Counted from the first letter of the stretch, positions 39,410 through 57,700 are shown. The stretch: DNA of 64,000 bases from Catajapyx aquilonaris (GCA_000934665.2 JYFJ02000049.1:1-64000), one strand, 5' to 3'. Numbers and translations: made by a program. Notes: generated from the sequence alone by a model not told the origin.

Positions 39410-41487
39410 TATCTCTAACAATGATCTCAAACTCCAGGGCCTGCATTTTTAAAAAAAGCAAAGGAGAGGTTTTATCTTGTATATTTTTCTCTACAATTCA
39501 ACATTCACTCACACCACAGTGCACATAGTCACCACCACCAAAGTTAAAGCTTTAAGCAAGGACACAAAATCACATCATCCATCACTGGAAAGTGCACAGT
39601 CTGCCTAATGCATCTGTATGACAAGAGGGCATCTAAAAATTAAAATTACAATTCATTACATGGCAGGAAAATATGGGCCTACCAAACACCACCAACTTAT
39701 ATCCAATAGTCAGGTGAGACTTATAATGGAGGCGTTTTTGTCATGTCAGTTTAACTGCCTAAGTTTGCACTTCCAAGGCATCAACACTAGTACCTGTAGT
39801 GTACCACAAAAGCAGTCGTGCCAAAACATTTATCTTTGGTTTTGATTGGGAGTGAAAAATTTTCCTAATCCTGTCATAGTAATCAGCCATGTTGTGCATA
39901 CCAGATGATTTGCATACTAATTGCACTAAAATAGGGCTAATGAAAGCAAATCTAATCCTGTTAGGAAAAAATATAGTCCTTCTTATGAGCAATCCTTGTT
40001 TGGTGCAACCGGTTGTGCTAGTAATTGCAGGTTTGTTTCTGTTGACCTTTTATGCAGTAATAAGATTGCAATCAAATGCTGGTTAATTACCTAGCAATAA
40101 AATGGTGACCAGGCTTCATGGCCTGAAAATGCTGTTATTGCCTCGAGATAAATAAAAGGTACTCTTTTGACAAGACCACTTCTGCAACCAAGATCATCAC
40201 TTACGATTAATTGAAATGAATCATCAAGAATGTCACTAATTACATTCAGGATTTTACAATGGAAGATGCAATACAATTATTGTATTTTGGCACCTTGCAA
40301 ATGCAATCCTAGAGCACATCAAGTAAATGTGCTGCAAGCTTAACCCATTTTGCAGAGATACAGTACGGAACTTGCTGTCACTGGCAACACAACATTATCA
40401 CAAAAGTGTAAATACATTTTTTAAAAATAATACTGGACTAGAATTACTACAGAATCATTTTTTCATCAGCAGAATGCTATGACACCTTTTTTTTTAAATG
40501 ACACCTACAGCACACTATTTCAGCACGTGTCAGACATTTAAAAACTGATTAGAAATATTAGCTTTCACCAGGACCATCCAGGTTTATCCAAGCATTTTTA
40601 GAAAAAAACTGAAACATCATTTAACACCCTTAACACATCTCATGCCATTAGATCCAAGTCTTCTCTTTCATCTGCACCTACTACCATTTGTGTAAAAAAT
40701 GTAACAAGATTACTAGATCTGAAACAGGATATTTCATTCTCCTAACCACATAGAATAGCAAGGGTATGTCATCTTTTCTAAGTTGTAAATTCCTATCTCA
40801 ATAGGAAGAAAATGGGTAGAAAAGTATCAATGTTTATAACCAACACAAGTTCTATGTGAACGGCATCTATTTAGTGCTAAGTCATTTTTTTATTACCTAG
40901 TTCGTGTCAATTTTCAATTTTCCCCCCCTGACTAAAGCTTTGGTAATTTGAGTATTACAAAGATTTCTTTTCATCGTTAGTGAATTACCTGTTGTTGTTA
41001 AAAATAGCAAGCACTTAAAAAGTGACTTGATCAACTACTTAATGTCATTAAATATTGTCCACTTAATTTTTTCCACGGGATCAGTTGTGATACTTTGTCG
41101 AGCCCAAAAGGCTGGTATACAATCAGAAATAAATTCCCTTGTCCTATAAACACCCCCCTCCCTCTAATAAAATTAAATAACCGGTATCAAAAATGTGCTA
41201 TTCTACTCATCCACCTTCCAAAATCATGCTTGACTATGTTATTATAAAAGGCACCTCTAAGTTCAAGGAGAAATTAAATACAAAAATCAAGACTACTGCA
41301 AAAAAAAGCAATTATTACAGCGTAAATAAATTATGCACTTGATCATGTCAGTTTGTTAAAAAATAAACTGCTTCCTATAATGTATGGCTACTTCCACAAG
41401 CACACACATTTACCTCAGCGCCAACTTCCTTGTTGATAAACAATTTTTAAAAACAACAATATACTTGGTACACACAAATCTTTGGCC

Positions 41488-44117
41488 TCAAATGATGACA
41501 CATTTCTTTGGTTTTCTTCCTCTTCCCCTTCTTTTTTCTCTCTCACTTGGAGGTTGATTGCGAATTATTCGCACCACCTGTAATCAAAATAACACTTACG
41601 TAAATGACAATGCATCTATTGTTAGATTTCAAAATCACTTGCACATCATGAGACGTTGATTGTTGATGCTTGACTTAGAATAGGAAATTACATCAAAGCT
41701 CAAAGGTATAATAAGAGATAAAATCTCTTGGCAATACAGTAAAACCTCGATATAACGCTCTTCAAGGGACCGCCCAGAAGTAGCGTCAAAAGCAGGATAG
41801 CACTATATGCAGAAAATTTACCTTTTGGAAATTATCGAGGGACCGGAAAAAGGAGGCGTTAAAAGAGGGAAAGCCTTATATGCAGGAGTGTTATATCAAG
41901 GTTGTGAGTCAGGTAATATTGTCAACATATTTCTCCTGCCTCCAGTACCACGGACTTAATAGTTTCTTAACTAATATTGAATAACATTAGGTATAAACAT
42001 ATGGCTGTGCATACTTCGTGGAAAGCAGCATCCACATTGAGTGGAGGGTCTTTGGCACTGGTCTCGATGTATGGAGTCCCCAGTCTTGTTGCCAGCTCCC
42101 TCCCTTGGTCCTCACTCACTTTCCTCAGGTGGACAAGGTCAACCTTGTTGGCCACCAAGAGCATTGGATAGGAATCCCTGCAACATGCAAGATGCCAAGT
42201 TAGAGCTGGCCAGAGATCAAAGGCAGAGCACTGTTGTTTACCTGTCTTTAACCCTCAGGATCTGGGTGTAGAAGTTGGTAATGTTCTCATAGCTCTGCTT
42301 GTCAGTGACTGAGTAGACAAGCAGGAATCCATCCCCTTTCCGCATGTACTGTTCACGCATAGCGCTGAATTCCTCCTGGCCCGCTGTATCAAGGACTGCA
42401 ACATGGGAAATTTTTAAGCAATTTACACAAGGTGAAACTTGAATATCTATAGTGAAACGTTGATTCATCACTTTTGTTGGGATACCTTAGAAAACCTATG
42501 GATATGGGTAAACAATAAATGCAGGAGACCGAAGGAGTTTGGGGGAGTGGATAAGGTGTTCGACTGCTAATCGGGAGGTTCTGGGTTCGAGTCCCGGGGC
42601 CGGCAATCCTAACTGTGGTTTTCTGTGGTTTCCCACGGTCCCCCTAGGAGAATTCCGGGATTGCTTCCTAAATAATTAGGCCACAGCGGCTTCCTTCCAT
42701 CCCTATCCTATCCCAAAAAGCAAAGTAAAAATGAAAGCAAAGAGTTCCAGTCAAAACAAAATTGGGATGAACTCCCACNCCCCCCCCCCCCCCCCCCCCC
42801 TAAAGAGCCGCCGGCTGATAACGGGGTATGAATTCTTATTTATTAAAGATGCAGGAGCCCATATTAAATAGGATATGTTCCTGAACCCTAGGAATTGAAT
42901 AATGGATCCAGGAAAACATCTGGAAACAAAAGATCAAGGTTTCACTGCAGTATAATCTCTCTGTTCCAGAAGCAATTAACATAACAGATGTGTTTCCATT
43001 ATCTTGGACAGTACTGAACTAGCTAGGAGCAAGTATTTTAGGTGCATTAACATATCTCCAAATAGGAATAGGGAGTCCACGTATACTAATAAGTATGGTA
43101 TAGCAGACAGAAGTGTTAATCTCATTTAAAACAGGTTGGGAGTGTTTTCAGAAGAAATGTGACGATGAGGAAGGTATAGTTTTGTGTCCTCTTCAAGTGT
43201 TGTTGAAAGCATCTTTTCTTCAGTATTCTACAGGGCCCAGCCCTCCATTCTGCAACAACCCACAAGCCATGCCCTTCTCAAACTCAGAACCCAGTCCGTT
43301 CACTCATTATTTTCCTCACTTTCATGCTTTCATGCATTGCTCCCAACCCTTTTCCCCCCCACTCCCAGTTTGGCGAATTTGTGAAGCAGCTAACACGCAG
43401 TATTGATTCTGATACATGCATGGTTCTTACCGAGAGACCTAAAAATACCTTGTTTCCACAATAGACAGGTTCAACTATACCAACAAAAACATCGGGGAAC
43501 TTTTAAATCTTGTTGCCTAGTCCGCATATTTTTTCAGCTAAGGAAGTTTCTGCTATATTTAGGATCTGCAATTTTGCATACATTACCGGCCAATCATTAT
43601 TACAAGCAGTCATTCCATCGCATCTCCTGTAAGTGCCACTAGCTGCCACACATTCCCTGTGTGTTGCAAGTGAGCGTGTGCCTCAAGTCGAAGCACTCAT
43701 ATTTTACAGAAATGCAGCCAGCATTGGTACACTTAATGCAGCATAATTGGGAGCTACTAAATCTAGGACACACAAAAAGCCCCTTTACATGAGGCCTCTG
43801 CTAGCATAAGTGTTGTCTGTCAACAGCATTGACCTTGCTTACGTTTGACTAGAAGCGGCCTTGTGTAAACAAGGCCTAATAGCTTTGTAAAACCCAAGTG
43901 GTTTTTAACTATTTCAAAACTTCTCACCATCCAGGATGCACCACTGGCCATCAATTTCTGTGTGCTGGATGTAGCTGTCCTCAATGGTGGGATCATAGTC
44001 GGTGACAAATAGCTTCTGGAAGAACTGGATGGTCAGCGCACTTTTCCCCACACCTCCGTCTCCCACCACCACCAGCTTGTAGGTGATCAGATTCTCATTA
44101 TTTGGTGGCTTAGACAT
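41488..44117 (-). CDS. MRAS: Ras-related protein M-Ras (R-Ras3), 4 coding exons
   Basis: Exons 43928-44117, 42242-42395, 42015-42177 and 41488-41577. [61 protein letters not shown] (M-Ras diagnostic) and a polybasic tail ending CVII. In-frame ATGs at 44126 and 44129 could extend the start. Confidence 0.95.
41735..41903. mobile_element. Tigger/pogo-like MITE
   Basis: tacagtaaaacctcgatataac ... gttatatcaaggtt; the right TIR is truncated. Confidence 0.65.
42448..42949. mobile_element. Tigger-like MITE interrupted by a SINE
   Basis: Ends tatagtgaaacgttga and tcaaggtttcactgca. With 42528-42857 removed, it aligns in reverse orientation to the intact element at 48432-48607. Confidence 0.8.
42528..42848 (+). 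mobile_element. tRNA-derived SINE with 9-bp target-site duplication
   Basis: tRNA-like head with B box GGTTCGAGTCC (~42564-42574), a body tggttttctgtggtttccc...aggccacagcggcttccttcc and an AT-rich tail. It is flanked by atgcaggag at 42519-42527 and 42849-42857, and contains an N at 42779 plus a poly-C run. Confidence 0.8.
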
Positions 44118-46115
44118 CGTCACCATCATACGCAAACACCTCCGCACCCCTCCTTTCTGGGTCTACTTGGCCCAAACAGTAGCTAATCACTCGGGACTGG
44201 GCGGAATCATATCTCTGGTTGTCGTTCACCTGGACGGATTGGGCAATGCTTTTTCAAAGTCAAGCTCTTGACATACGCAGCCTGTAAAGCAAAGGTCAAC
44301 AATCTAATATCAATTGATTGTAATTAACTCTGATACTGCGATACCATTACTAGGCTCATGCGTGTGACCTTTTTAATGCACAGTTGGCATGCCACATCTT
44401 GGCAACGCATAATTAACCGGTTTAATCATAAGGATGCAACTTACTTGAGTCCTACTTCGGTAGCATTTTTGGAATGCCCAAGGTCCTAGTGCTGGATTAA
44501 ACGAGGGACAATGAGTTTGTGGGGATGTAGGATTGTAGGTTGAAGCCAGGAAGCACCCCAGTCCGTAGGGCTGAGCCTAGATGGCATTGGCTGGCTGCAC
44601 CTGTGCCTCCATCTCCACCCAGCAATGTGAGTGCTCCTCTTTTAATCAATAGCGGTATGAATGCCCTGACAGCACATGCCAAGTTTTAAAACGCCAGCAT
44701 CTACCACTAGCACTCAGGACGGGTTAACAGCAAGCAAAAATTACTCGGGACTAATATACATCTAATATTTATTACAAAAGAATACTAGACCACTAAATAG
44801 AAGATTACAACAGTCAGTCACCTTCACTTATTTAATTTCATTCCAGTTCTCAAAAAAAAAAAAAAAGAGGTAAATACCAGACACTGACTCGTTTATGGCC
44901 CATAAATCTGACCTCCATTCACATTATCATGTTTATTATCACCGTCAATTATATTCATTGCATTAGACTGTCTACAAAACAGGATTTATCAACACCAGGA
45001 AATAAACACCAACTTAAGGCAACCACCTGTTGTATCTGAATACAACTCGCGTTAAATTTTTTTTCGTCTGCACCCAATCTACGTCATTTCTACTTAAAGG
45101 GACTCAAATATACTCAGGAATAACGAGTTACTATTAATAAGTTTGCTTAAAACTGATTGCAAATTAAATACCTAAGGTACGCAAAAAAAAACTTGCAGTA
45201 TGAATAAGCAATTACATTGTATTTGGCTGGGGAATGCAAACACTGACATTTTATGAAATTTTTTTTGTGTATTTACTCTTTTCAATATTGAAATTCCCAG
45301 ACAGCGTTACTTGCATTTTCGCTGCAGATTATTGGCAAGGATAAAACACCCGATACGGTTACACTTTCCTTAAACGTGAAGCAGAACCCGAGGGGTTTGG
45401 GGGGGGGAGTCAAACATTGACAGTAGGAAAAAAAAATGCACAACAGGCCCAGAAAACAATGGGCCCGAAAAAAAGGGGCCAGAAAAAACCGGAGCCTGAA
45501 AAAGACAGGTACATGCAAATATAATTCTGACTTCTGACAAAGGCCCTAAATTAAAAAGGTTGACAAGAACATTGATTATTATGCCAAAGACCAGGTTTCC
45601 TCATTGGGAAGGTAAAAAACAGCCACTCACTCGCTTTTTTTTTCTCTCTCTCTCACTCCCTGGGAGAGAGTGCACAGTATGTACACCTGAATACAATTTT
45701 AAAAAAAGTGAGGAGCATCTCCAAACCATGTTCAAGGAAAAATTATAATTTAATTGTGATGCAGGGGGGTTAGAAGTCTAGTTAAATCCTAAGATGAAAC
45801 GCAACTCCAAGTCACATTGAAAATACACGTCCCCGGTTCAACAGGGGAAGAAAAGGCAAACGAGAAAAGTAAATTTGCGCTGTAATATCACGCATACATG
45901 ACGAATAAAAGTAAACTAACTGAAACTGCATGAACGGACCAAGGAAAGCAAGAAAATATATCTAAATGAACAGAAGAAACCCTTTGGCATCATTAAAGTG
46001 GGCTCCCACTGCACGAAAGCCAGGGCACGATGAAATTATTATGTTGTTTTTAACCCCTTATCTTTCTCCTTCTCCCTCCAAGCTGTGTGTTTTTTTTTAA
46101 CCCCAAACAGATCCT

Positions 46116-50208
<4,093 letters not shown>

Positions 50209-50295
50209 CTAGGCCTAGCAGAACATTACGTCCACTCTCTTTCCCCCCTCCATCCCTGTTCCTCCTCTTCCCTTACTCCAACTCCGGATCCTTAC

Positions 50296-50500
50296 CCGTC
50301 GCGGCAGGCACCCTGTTGTCCTAGAATCCGGATCGAGAGGTAACCGTGGGCCGGTCCCTGCCCCGTCGGGTCACTTATTCGATTGACTACTGCGAATAAG
50401 ACCACACCTCAATCGGGGGGTGTAGTGAGAGAGGAGAGGGGAGGCCAAAAAGGAAGAGGGGAGAGAGGGGAGGGAGGGGAGAGGGGTGTGACGTCACCGC
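50296..50500 (-). promoter_or_regulatory. Proximal Rho1 promoter and non-coding first exon
   Basis: CGG|GTAAGG donor at 50296/50295, acceptor at 50162, CpG-rich sequence, a purine tract and a perfect CRE TGACGTCA at 50489-50496. Confidence 0.6.
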
Positions 50501-50884
50501 CCGATCCACAGAAACAAGTGACGGTCAGGATGCGGCCGAAAACGTTCGATTCCAAGAATTTTTCTATTTTGCTTTTCAAGTGCTCACCAAAGGGTTGTTA
50601 CAGGAATATCATTTCCTGTTTAATAGTTAGGAGTATGCAAGGTAAGGAGAGAGAGAATGAGAGAAAAAAAGGTTATGCAAGGATATTTTGGAATGGGTTG
50701 CCCGATGGGGTGATGCCAGGAATGTGTGGAATGCCATTGTCCCAGGGGCAGAATGGGCGGGTTTGTAGATACGTGGGGACCATCACGGACGTGGTGGGGA
50801 CTGTTATCAAAAATTTTGGCATTGGGAGGCAGGGAAGTACACTTGCTACAAAGGCAGAAGTTGAAAGGAATCAGTATTGTCGTC

Positions 50885-50886
<2 letters not shown>

Positions 50887-50943
<57 letters not shown>
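50887..50943. repeat. (AAT)19 microsatellite
   Basis: Perfect trinucleotide run. Confidence 0.98.
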
Positions 50944-50944
<1 letters not shown>

Positions 50945-51996
50945 GCCCTAATTTCATTGTCTGTAGTAAAGCCTATTAAGCCTAATATGAATAATTTAAA
51001 AGCAGTTGTGTATACATGTAATCATATTGTAATGCGCAATTGCTATAGAAATGGAACGGATGCATTATTTTTAATGCCGTGTGATGCTTTTTAGCAACAA
51101 AAAAAATCATCATAAGAGCATTAAAAATTGATGCTCCATGAGAGACTCACCAGTGATGCTTTTTTAATATATAAAAAATTATTTGCGGTTTAGAGTGTAA
51201 TTGCTAAGAAATGGAGCGGATGCAAAGTCCTGTACGTACTGGTGTTGGTGGTTAGTTTCTCAAACTCGGAGGAAGGGTAAATATAGTGCGATGGCGTGAT
51301 CATATAAGGAGGCGGAGGTTCATGAAGAAATTGCCGATGTGGGGGCATCTGGACTGGATTTATTTGCGTGCACTATAGTTACTCTATGCACAGTATGGAA
51401 TGAGTCCAAGGCATTTAGCGCATGACGACGGGTCTGGACTTGTTTATTTTTGTAATAAATATGCCGGGCGGACGGGCGGCACGTGCGACCGCTTTTTCAA
51501 AAATCCGTTGTTCTAATATTTGCAGCGTACATGTTGATAATACAAGGGGGAAAAATGTTATTTGCGTCACGTACACTTTTTTCCGGTTCTTATCAGGAAA
51601 TTCTGTTTATGTAGGCTGCAGCATATGAATTCTTAATGGTCTCCTGCGAGTTATATCTGTACGTATAATTTATGCAGTGTGTGGCCCTAGAGTTCACCGA
51701 CACATGCCTTGCAAATTGCAATTATTGACTATTCCACAAGCTGCAGGCTGGGAGAAAATGCCATATGTCAAAAATGGGGTATGTTCAGGTCATTTGCTGC
51801 ACATTACGAGTTTTCACTATTCAATGAATCAGTTATGCAAGCGCAACTGGTTATGTACAGAGAGAGAAAAAAACGGTGTCATTTTTCAATGTCAAATTCA
51901 AACGTGAATTAACTCATTACCCTCCATATACAGGAAACAGGCTTGATGACGCCCAAAAAAATTGTGCGCACATGCATATTGATGTAGTCATCTTAC

Positions 51997-52185
51997 CTGG
52001 ATACCTCTGGGAGTTCCTAGCCTTCCTTCGCCTTGCGGGCATCTCAGGCCACGTTATAGCGATGCTTCACGCTTCTCTAGCTCCAAACGTTCCAAGGGAA
52101 TGAAGGGTAGTCGAGTAGTAGAAGGCGGGGGCGGGAAGGGGCTCAAAGTGACGAAGGAAAAATAACCGGCCAATGAGTCACTCCG
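51997..52185 (-). promoter_or_regulatory. Candidate distal Rho1 promoter and non-coding first exon
   Basis: CAG|GTAAGA donor at 51997/51996, GC boxes at ~52124-52135, CCAAT at 52170-52174 and AP-1 TGAGTCA at 52174-52180. Confidence 0.5.
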
Positions 52186-54761
52186 AAAATGACTTCACTT
52201 TTTTTGTGGTAGTGTGTGCTTCACGGATAAACATCCGCATAACATAAACACAGTCTTGCTATTTCGGCGTTTCCCACATTATCGCGCGTGTCGAGTGTTG
52301 CACACCGCCTACCAGGTACAAGGGTCTGATAAAATGTGGGACTCCTCTTTTGGCATTGGGACAAAAGGAAAAAAGGGGGGAGGACGACTGCAATTTTTAG
52401 CCTTGCGCAGATATGGGGAGGTTTAATTGCGCCCGTGATGATCGTACTGTGTGTAGATAATGTATGATGGGGGTCATGTGTGGTGGAGATGGGCAGTTTC
52501 CCCCTGAGTCATGCATTCCGAACAATGTTCTGCTTTCTTGATTTCGGGTTTTGCGCATGTGGGGAACGTTGCCCCCTTGCTGCGTTTGGCATTTCGGAGG
52601 ATTTTCGGGGGTGAGGGTTTGTACTGCGAGGGTGGGGGGAGTATACTATACCCGTGAGGCGACAGGGGTGATTGAGGGATGTGCAGTCCGATAATGAACA
52701 TATCTACATAATGACCACTTGAAATGCAGGACAGAATTGCAGTTTGGTCGAGATTGTACATTACTACGCATGAAGTTATATTTATAGTTTTTGAGAGAAA
52801 AATATTGTAGCCATCTACAGTTACATAAATGATTGGAAAAAAATTAAACGCACTATAGTAAGTAGCCTACAAGGAACATGCAATCTTGAAACTTCATATC
52901 TCGAAATCAGTCAAATGTGACTGATTAGGCTGCTTTTCCATATGTTTTTCCCTTTCATGTATTCACGGCGGTATTTGACAGGCACAGAACCATTCAATAA
53001 CATGGCAAAATATCAGTTTTTATACAATAATCAACAGTTGCAATGTTATGGAAAGTCAAAAGTATCGACTAATAACATTTACTAGTGGGTTTGATTGTAT
53101 TGGCATTTTCAGGCGACTCACTATGTGTACTGTATCATTGCATTGATATCCTGAAGATATCATTAGAATCTTGTTCAAATAGTACTGGTATTCCCTAGGC
53201 ATATCTCAAACATTTAGAACTTAAATGTTAATGAATATGATGAGCTTTAGTATTATTAGTACCTTGTTAGTACTAGTTTTGCTGTTTACACACTAATAGA
53301 GTCAAACACGAATATTTTGACAGGGTCATCACTCATATTACAAAAAAAAATCTCTCTCATTCTTATATAATGGCACAGTATGCAGTAGGCAGTAATTTAA
53401 GAGTGCTCGGTGTACCTGACGTATTTCCACAGTAGGAAATGTCACTACCTCCCCACTTGCCCATACAAGGTCAAAAATAATTCACATTTAAATCACCAAC
53501 TAAATGCATGAGAAACATACCTTTCTTACAATTCCAGCCTCCTGTGTCGGATGACACGCAGAACATGGTGAATTTTGTGAACAGAAATGATGAACAACTG
53601 AACATTCAAAGAATTAATAGCTAAATCAGTGAGTAATTATGCATAGTATTTAGCACACTTGTGTATTTATGTTTTTATTGGCATACCATTTCAGCAGGGG
53701 TTGCGGGGAAATGGCGAAGTATACACTTGAAGTGCAAAGACCCTTTGAAGTGTATAGCCTCACATTTAGCCTTTTCTCTGCTTATCATTTCTGACAGGAC
53801 TCATGGTACCTGCTCTTTAGTTGGCTTACCTGTAATAGTTGTCATATCACTGCAAAGTTTACATCTTGACAACTTCAGCTTTTGGCCACCAACTTTTCAC
53901 TTACAAGCACAGTATATGTGATGGAAAATTTACAACGTTTAAACAATGGTCCTTGCAGTCAGTGAAAGGGAAATAAGAGGACAGGGAGTAAACCGTACAA
54001 TATTGCATATATTTATTTGCAACGTTATTAAACAACTTGCCGAGGCACTACAGCTACTTCCTGGGCACGGATCTGTGACACAGGTGGAATTCCGTGACAA
54101 CCAAATTCTCACTCATCAAACTTTTTTTTTTAATCATCATTTTTCTGAAGTCTCAATATACGTACGTTGCAGCCATGCTTATCTCTGGCAGTATGCCCTT
54201 GGAATTTAATATATTTACAAAGTTGCACTCTACAAAATTAACGTCTTTCGCACTGAAATGCTTATATATGTACACAAAAATGAATCTCGAACATGGCAGA
54301 CACGGAGTACGCAGTAGCAACACACAGTTTAGCAGCAAGTCTCATTTTTGTTACAGCATAGAATTCAAACCAGACTTGTCTATTTTCATTTTTGGAATAC
54401 TGAATTAGAGTACCTTTTTTTTCTGTCAGCTGGTGCTGCCCTCTGAAGAAACTCCAGGCTTTCATGATTCATAAGGAACTTGGTGGACAATAAAAAAGAC
54501 ACCTTTTTATATAGTCCTTGCATGTATATACATGACTGGTGTCCTTTCACTTTGCTCATATCTACACACCAACACTCACCTTATGCAGTTTTAGTAAATG
54601 CAGCGATAAAGACACTCTTGACAAAGCTTATACAGGTAGGGGGAAGTTGAAAGGTTGTGTCCCAGAGATGGCAGTCTTCCCTTTGATTGTCATAGTGAAA
54701 ATTTCATGCCTGTCTCTGGCACTTCATGGGAGGATGGGGGATGAGTTTGGGTATCTATATA

Positions 54762-57700
54762 TCACACAGTTGTGACCGAGAGCAGCCCCATGACTTTGCT
54801 CCCAGGTGCGATTTTGTTGCCGTGAGCCAGCATCTCTTGGACAGTGGTGAAGTCGAATGCTTCCCTGCTCCCCTTTTTGCGGGCCATCTTCCGCTGGCTC
54901 AGCTCCACTATGTTCACATGCTTTCTCCTGGATCGATCCTCACTTCTAGAAGTGGTTCCCATCCCTCCACTTCCTACGCCGCCACCACCACTTCCTGGGG
55001 TCACTCCACCAACTCCACATATATCTACTTCAGCTTCTTTTACGCTCTGGGCCTTGGACCTGAGAAGTGCCTCCTGACGCTTCCTCCGTTCCCGGGCTAA
55101 TTCCACATGACGCTTTCGCTCCTCTTTGCTCCAGTACCGACCAGTCTGAAAATATTACATGTCAATACTTATTCCCATGCTTCACGTACAACATTCAGGA
55201 AAAGACTTTTCACTTTAATTTACAAGTAGGCTGTAGAGTTTGTGTCAGTGATAAATATAAAACATGACGATACATCCGACACAGGCTGAAAACTTAGCAT
55301 TGAATGGCACAAATAGGCTGCAATTATAGAGACAATATTTTCTGAATCGCATACCTTGAGCTCTGAGACAGCATCATCATCAGTGGTCAGTCCAGACCTT
55401 TCCTCTTGAATCTTCTGGGCACGATCTCTCAAGATCTTGTTCCTGACTGGCCTCCTGGCAATATACCTAGATCCATCAGGCCTCCTCTTCACCTTCCATT
55501 CCATTGTGGTTGCCTCCTCCTCCACACCTGGCAGCTCTCCGGAATTTAACCTGGTGGGACCATGCGGACTGCTCACAAACTGGTATCGGCTCAGGTTGGG
55601 AGCAAAATAACCAGCAGTCCTTGCGAAGGGAGGCACGTACAGGGGCCCGGATTTTCTTTCAGGATTGATGGTGACTCCAGAGGGGCTGGAACCTCTTTTA
55701 CTCCCCGACTGCTGCCGAAGCAAAGCTTGCTTGAAGAGTTGTTGCTGCAGCCAAATTGTTTGCTGAAGATTATCTGCATTGGTATACATGGTGTCAGCTG
55801 GAAGTGTGCCTGAATGTCCAGATTTACTGTCTGGTGCTGGTTTTGCAGTCCGAGGGCTTCCTTGATGTGGGGATGAAGATGCTGCACAGGAAGCTGCAGT
55901 GCAGCCAGGTGACAAGGGAGGAAGTCGCATGCATCGCCTACAACTTTCACAGGATATGACACTGTATGTGTCACTATCCAGGTTGACTTGCATTGATCTG
56001 TCTTCCATCTCAGGTGGGGAACACAAGACCAGAGTGGATGCAGCATCTGGGATTGCACCTTGAGGACTGTCCTTTTGATCTGGGGCTGCACCAAGCTCCA
56101 TTGTTAGTGGAGTGCTGCGACATGACTCCCCAGTGTTGTAAGCACTGGAACTCCGGTCCTCTCCAGAGCTTGATCCAGCCTTGACCCGGCCTTTCTCTTC
56201 CTGCCCCTTTCTTGAGTCACTCCCTGTGCTGCTGTGACTGTTGTGCGTTGAGTTGGTCCGTACCTGAATAAAAGAAATGTTGTGTCATTCAAATTTAAGT
56301 AGTGCTCTAAGCATTAGTCAAACCTGTACATAGCAGAAATGTTCTGTTTTGCTAAACTTCTCCTTATCGAACAAGTTTCCTCTAAACACAATGGGAATGC
56401 ATAAAAATTCTCTATTTGGGCAAAACAAAACTCTGCAACACACTGCTTTCCCCTGAATCAATGATCTACTATGTATAAAGATGTTTCATTGCAGTAACAG
56501 CCTTCTACATGTATTAGTGAATGTTATCACGTTACATTACTGGGTAAACCACAATCTGTAGTCAAAGCAACATGATAATACCTGAAGCATACTGTAAAAA
56601 GGGTCATTGTGTCAGAAAGGTGCATTTCATACCATGGAGAATAGTTACGCTTCTTTTGCATATCAATTCACAGTGAAGCCCAAATTTTCAATTTATACTC
56701 ATGAGGAGCTTCTCAAGTTACTTTAACAATGGCAAAAGATCCTGTAGCATAAGCAAATTGGTGATTGGTAGTAAAACTACAATAAATTGTTAAAGTGCAT
56801 AGCCATCACAAGCTCAAGAAATTATGCTCCACGGAGCGAATAATAGTATGGTATAAATAAAAATAACATTAGTGCTAAAAGGCAGCCTTAAAATAGCTGA
56901 AACAACCGGCAAAATGGGCATAATACAGCATAATATTTGATTCTCACCCATTCCTCTTCTTTTCCTCCTGATTCCCCATCTTTGAGCCAGCTCTCCCCTG
57001 TCCTGACCCATTGCTCTACGTCTTCCCGCTTCGTGTCGCGCTTGTTTTTGGATGCTCCTGGTTCATATGGAACTGAATAGATGGGCTCATCAGATTCGGT
57101 GTTCTCTGGTATGGTCTCATAAATGTGCTCCACTTCCACCTCTCCCCAGGCCCGTCTGTCTCCATCACCAAGGTCCACCCTCTCCAATCTCCGTCCAACT
57201 TGATGCACCTCGCCATGACTATCAGCGCGCCTCATCAGCGGATCCCTACGCCTCGACCTCCTAGAAGCTGCCTCTTCCTTCTTCCCGCTTCCATCAAGGG
57301 TCCTCCACATGGGTTCCTTTTCATGTAATGGGGAATGGGACATGCTTCGTGGGATGTTAGGTCTTGCATTGGATGGTAAGGTGGTGACACAGGTGACAGG
57401 AGGTGGGGGTTGCTGGGTAGGTTCAACTGAGGGTGGCAGCGGCTGCGGTGGTGGGACACCCTCTTGGTCTCCAGCTTCATGCTCACTGGATTCCTCATTT
57501 CGAACACTGTCCTGCCCCACACCACTGTCCTGGTGCGATGGATTGGATGCCACATCCACGCAGGTGCCTTCATCCAGTTCGGGAATCTGATAAAAACATA
57601 GGATACCGGTATATTAGTATTTTACAATACAAGTCTTGCACAAGTCATTAGCCATCCACACACAAAACTGCCACCTCTTTTATTTAAATAAAACATGCTC

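Noticed and set aside
42528..42605. Functional tRNA gene
   Set aside because: A B box is present, but there is no convincing acceptor stem; it continues into a SINE body and is flanked by a TSD.
42775..42800. Poly-C tract as a functional element
   Set aside because: It adjoins an N and probably marks a low-quality assembly join.
50383..51094. ORFs with poly-Asn and poly-Ile runs
   Set aside because: Translations of the (AAT)n microsatellite and promoter DNA.
56104..56292. Apparent stop or frameshift in the PDZRN-like gene
   Set aside because: The listed ORF is in the wrong frame. The true frame from 56263 reads through [20 protein letters not shown] without a stop.
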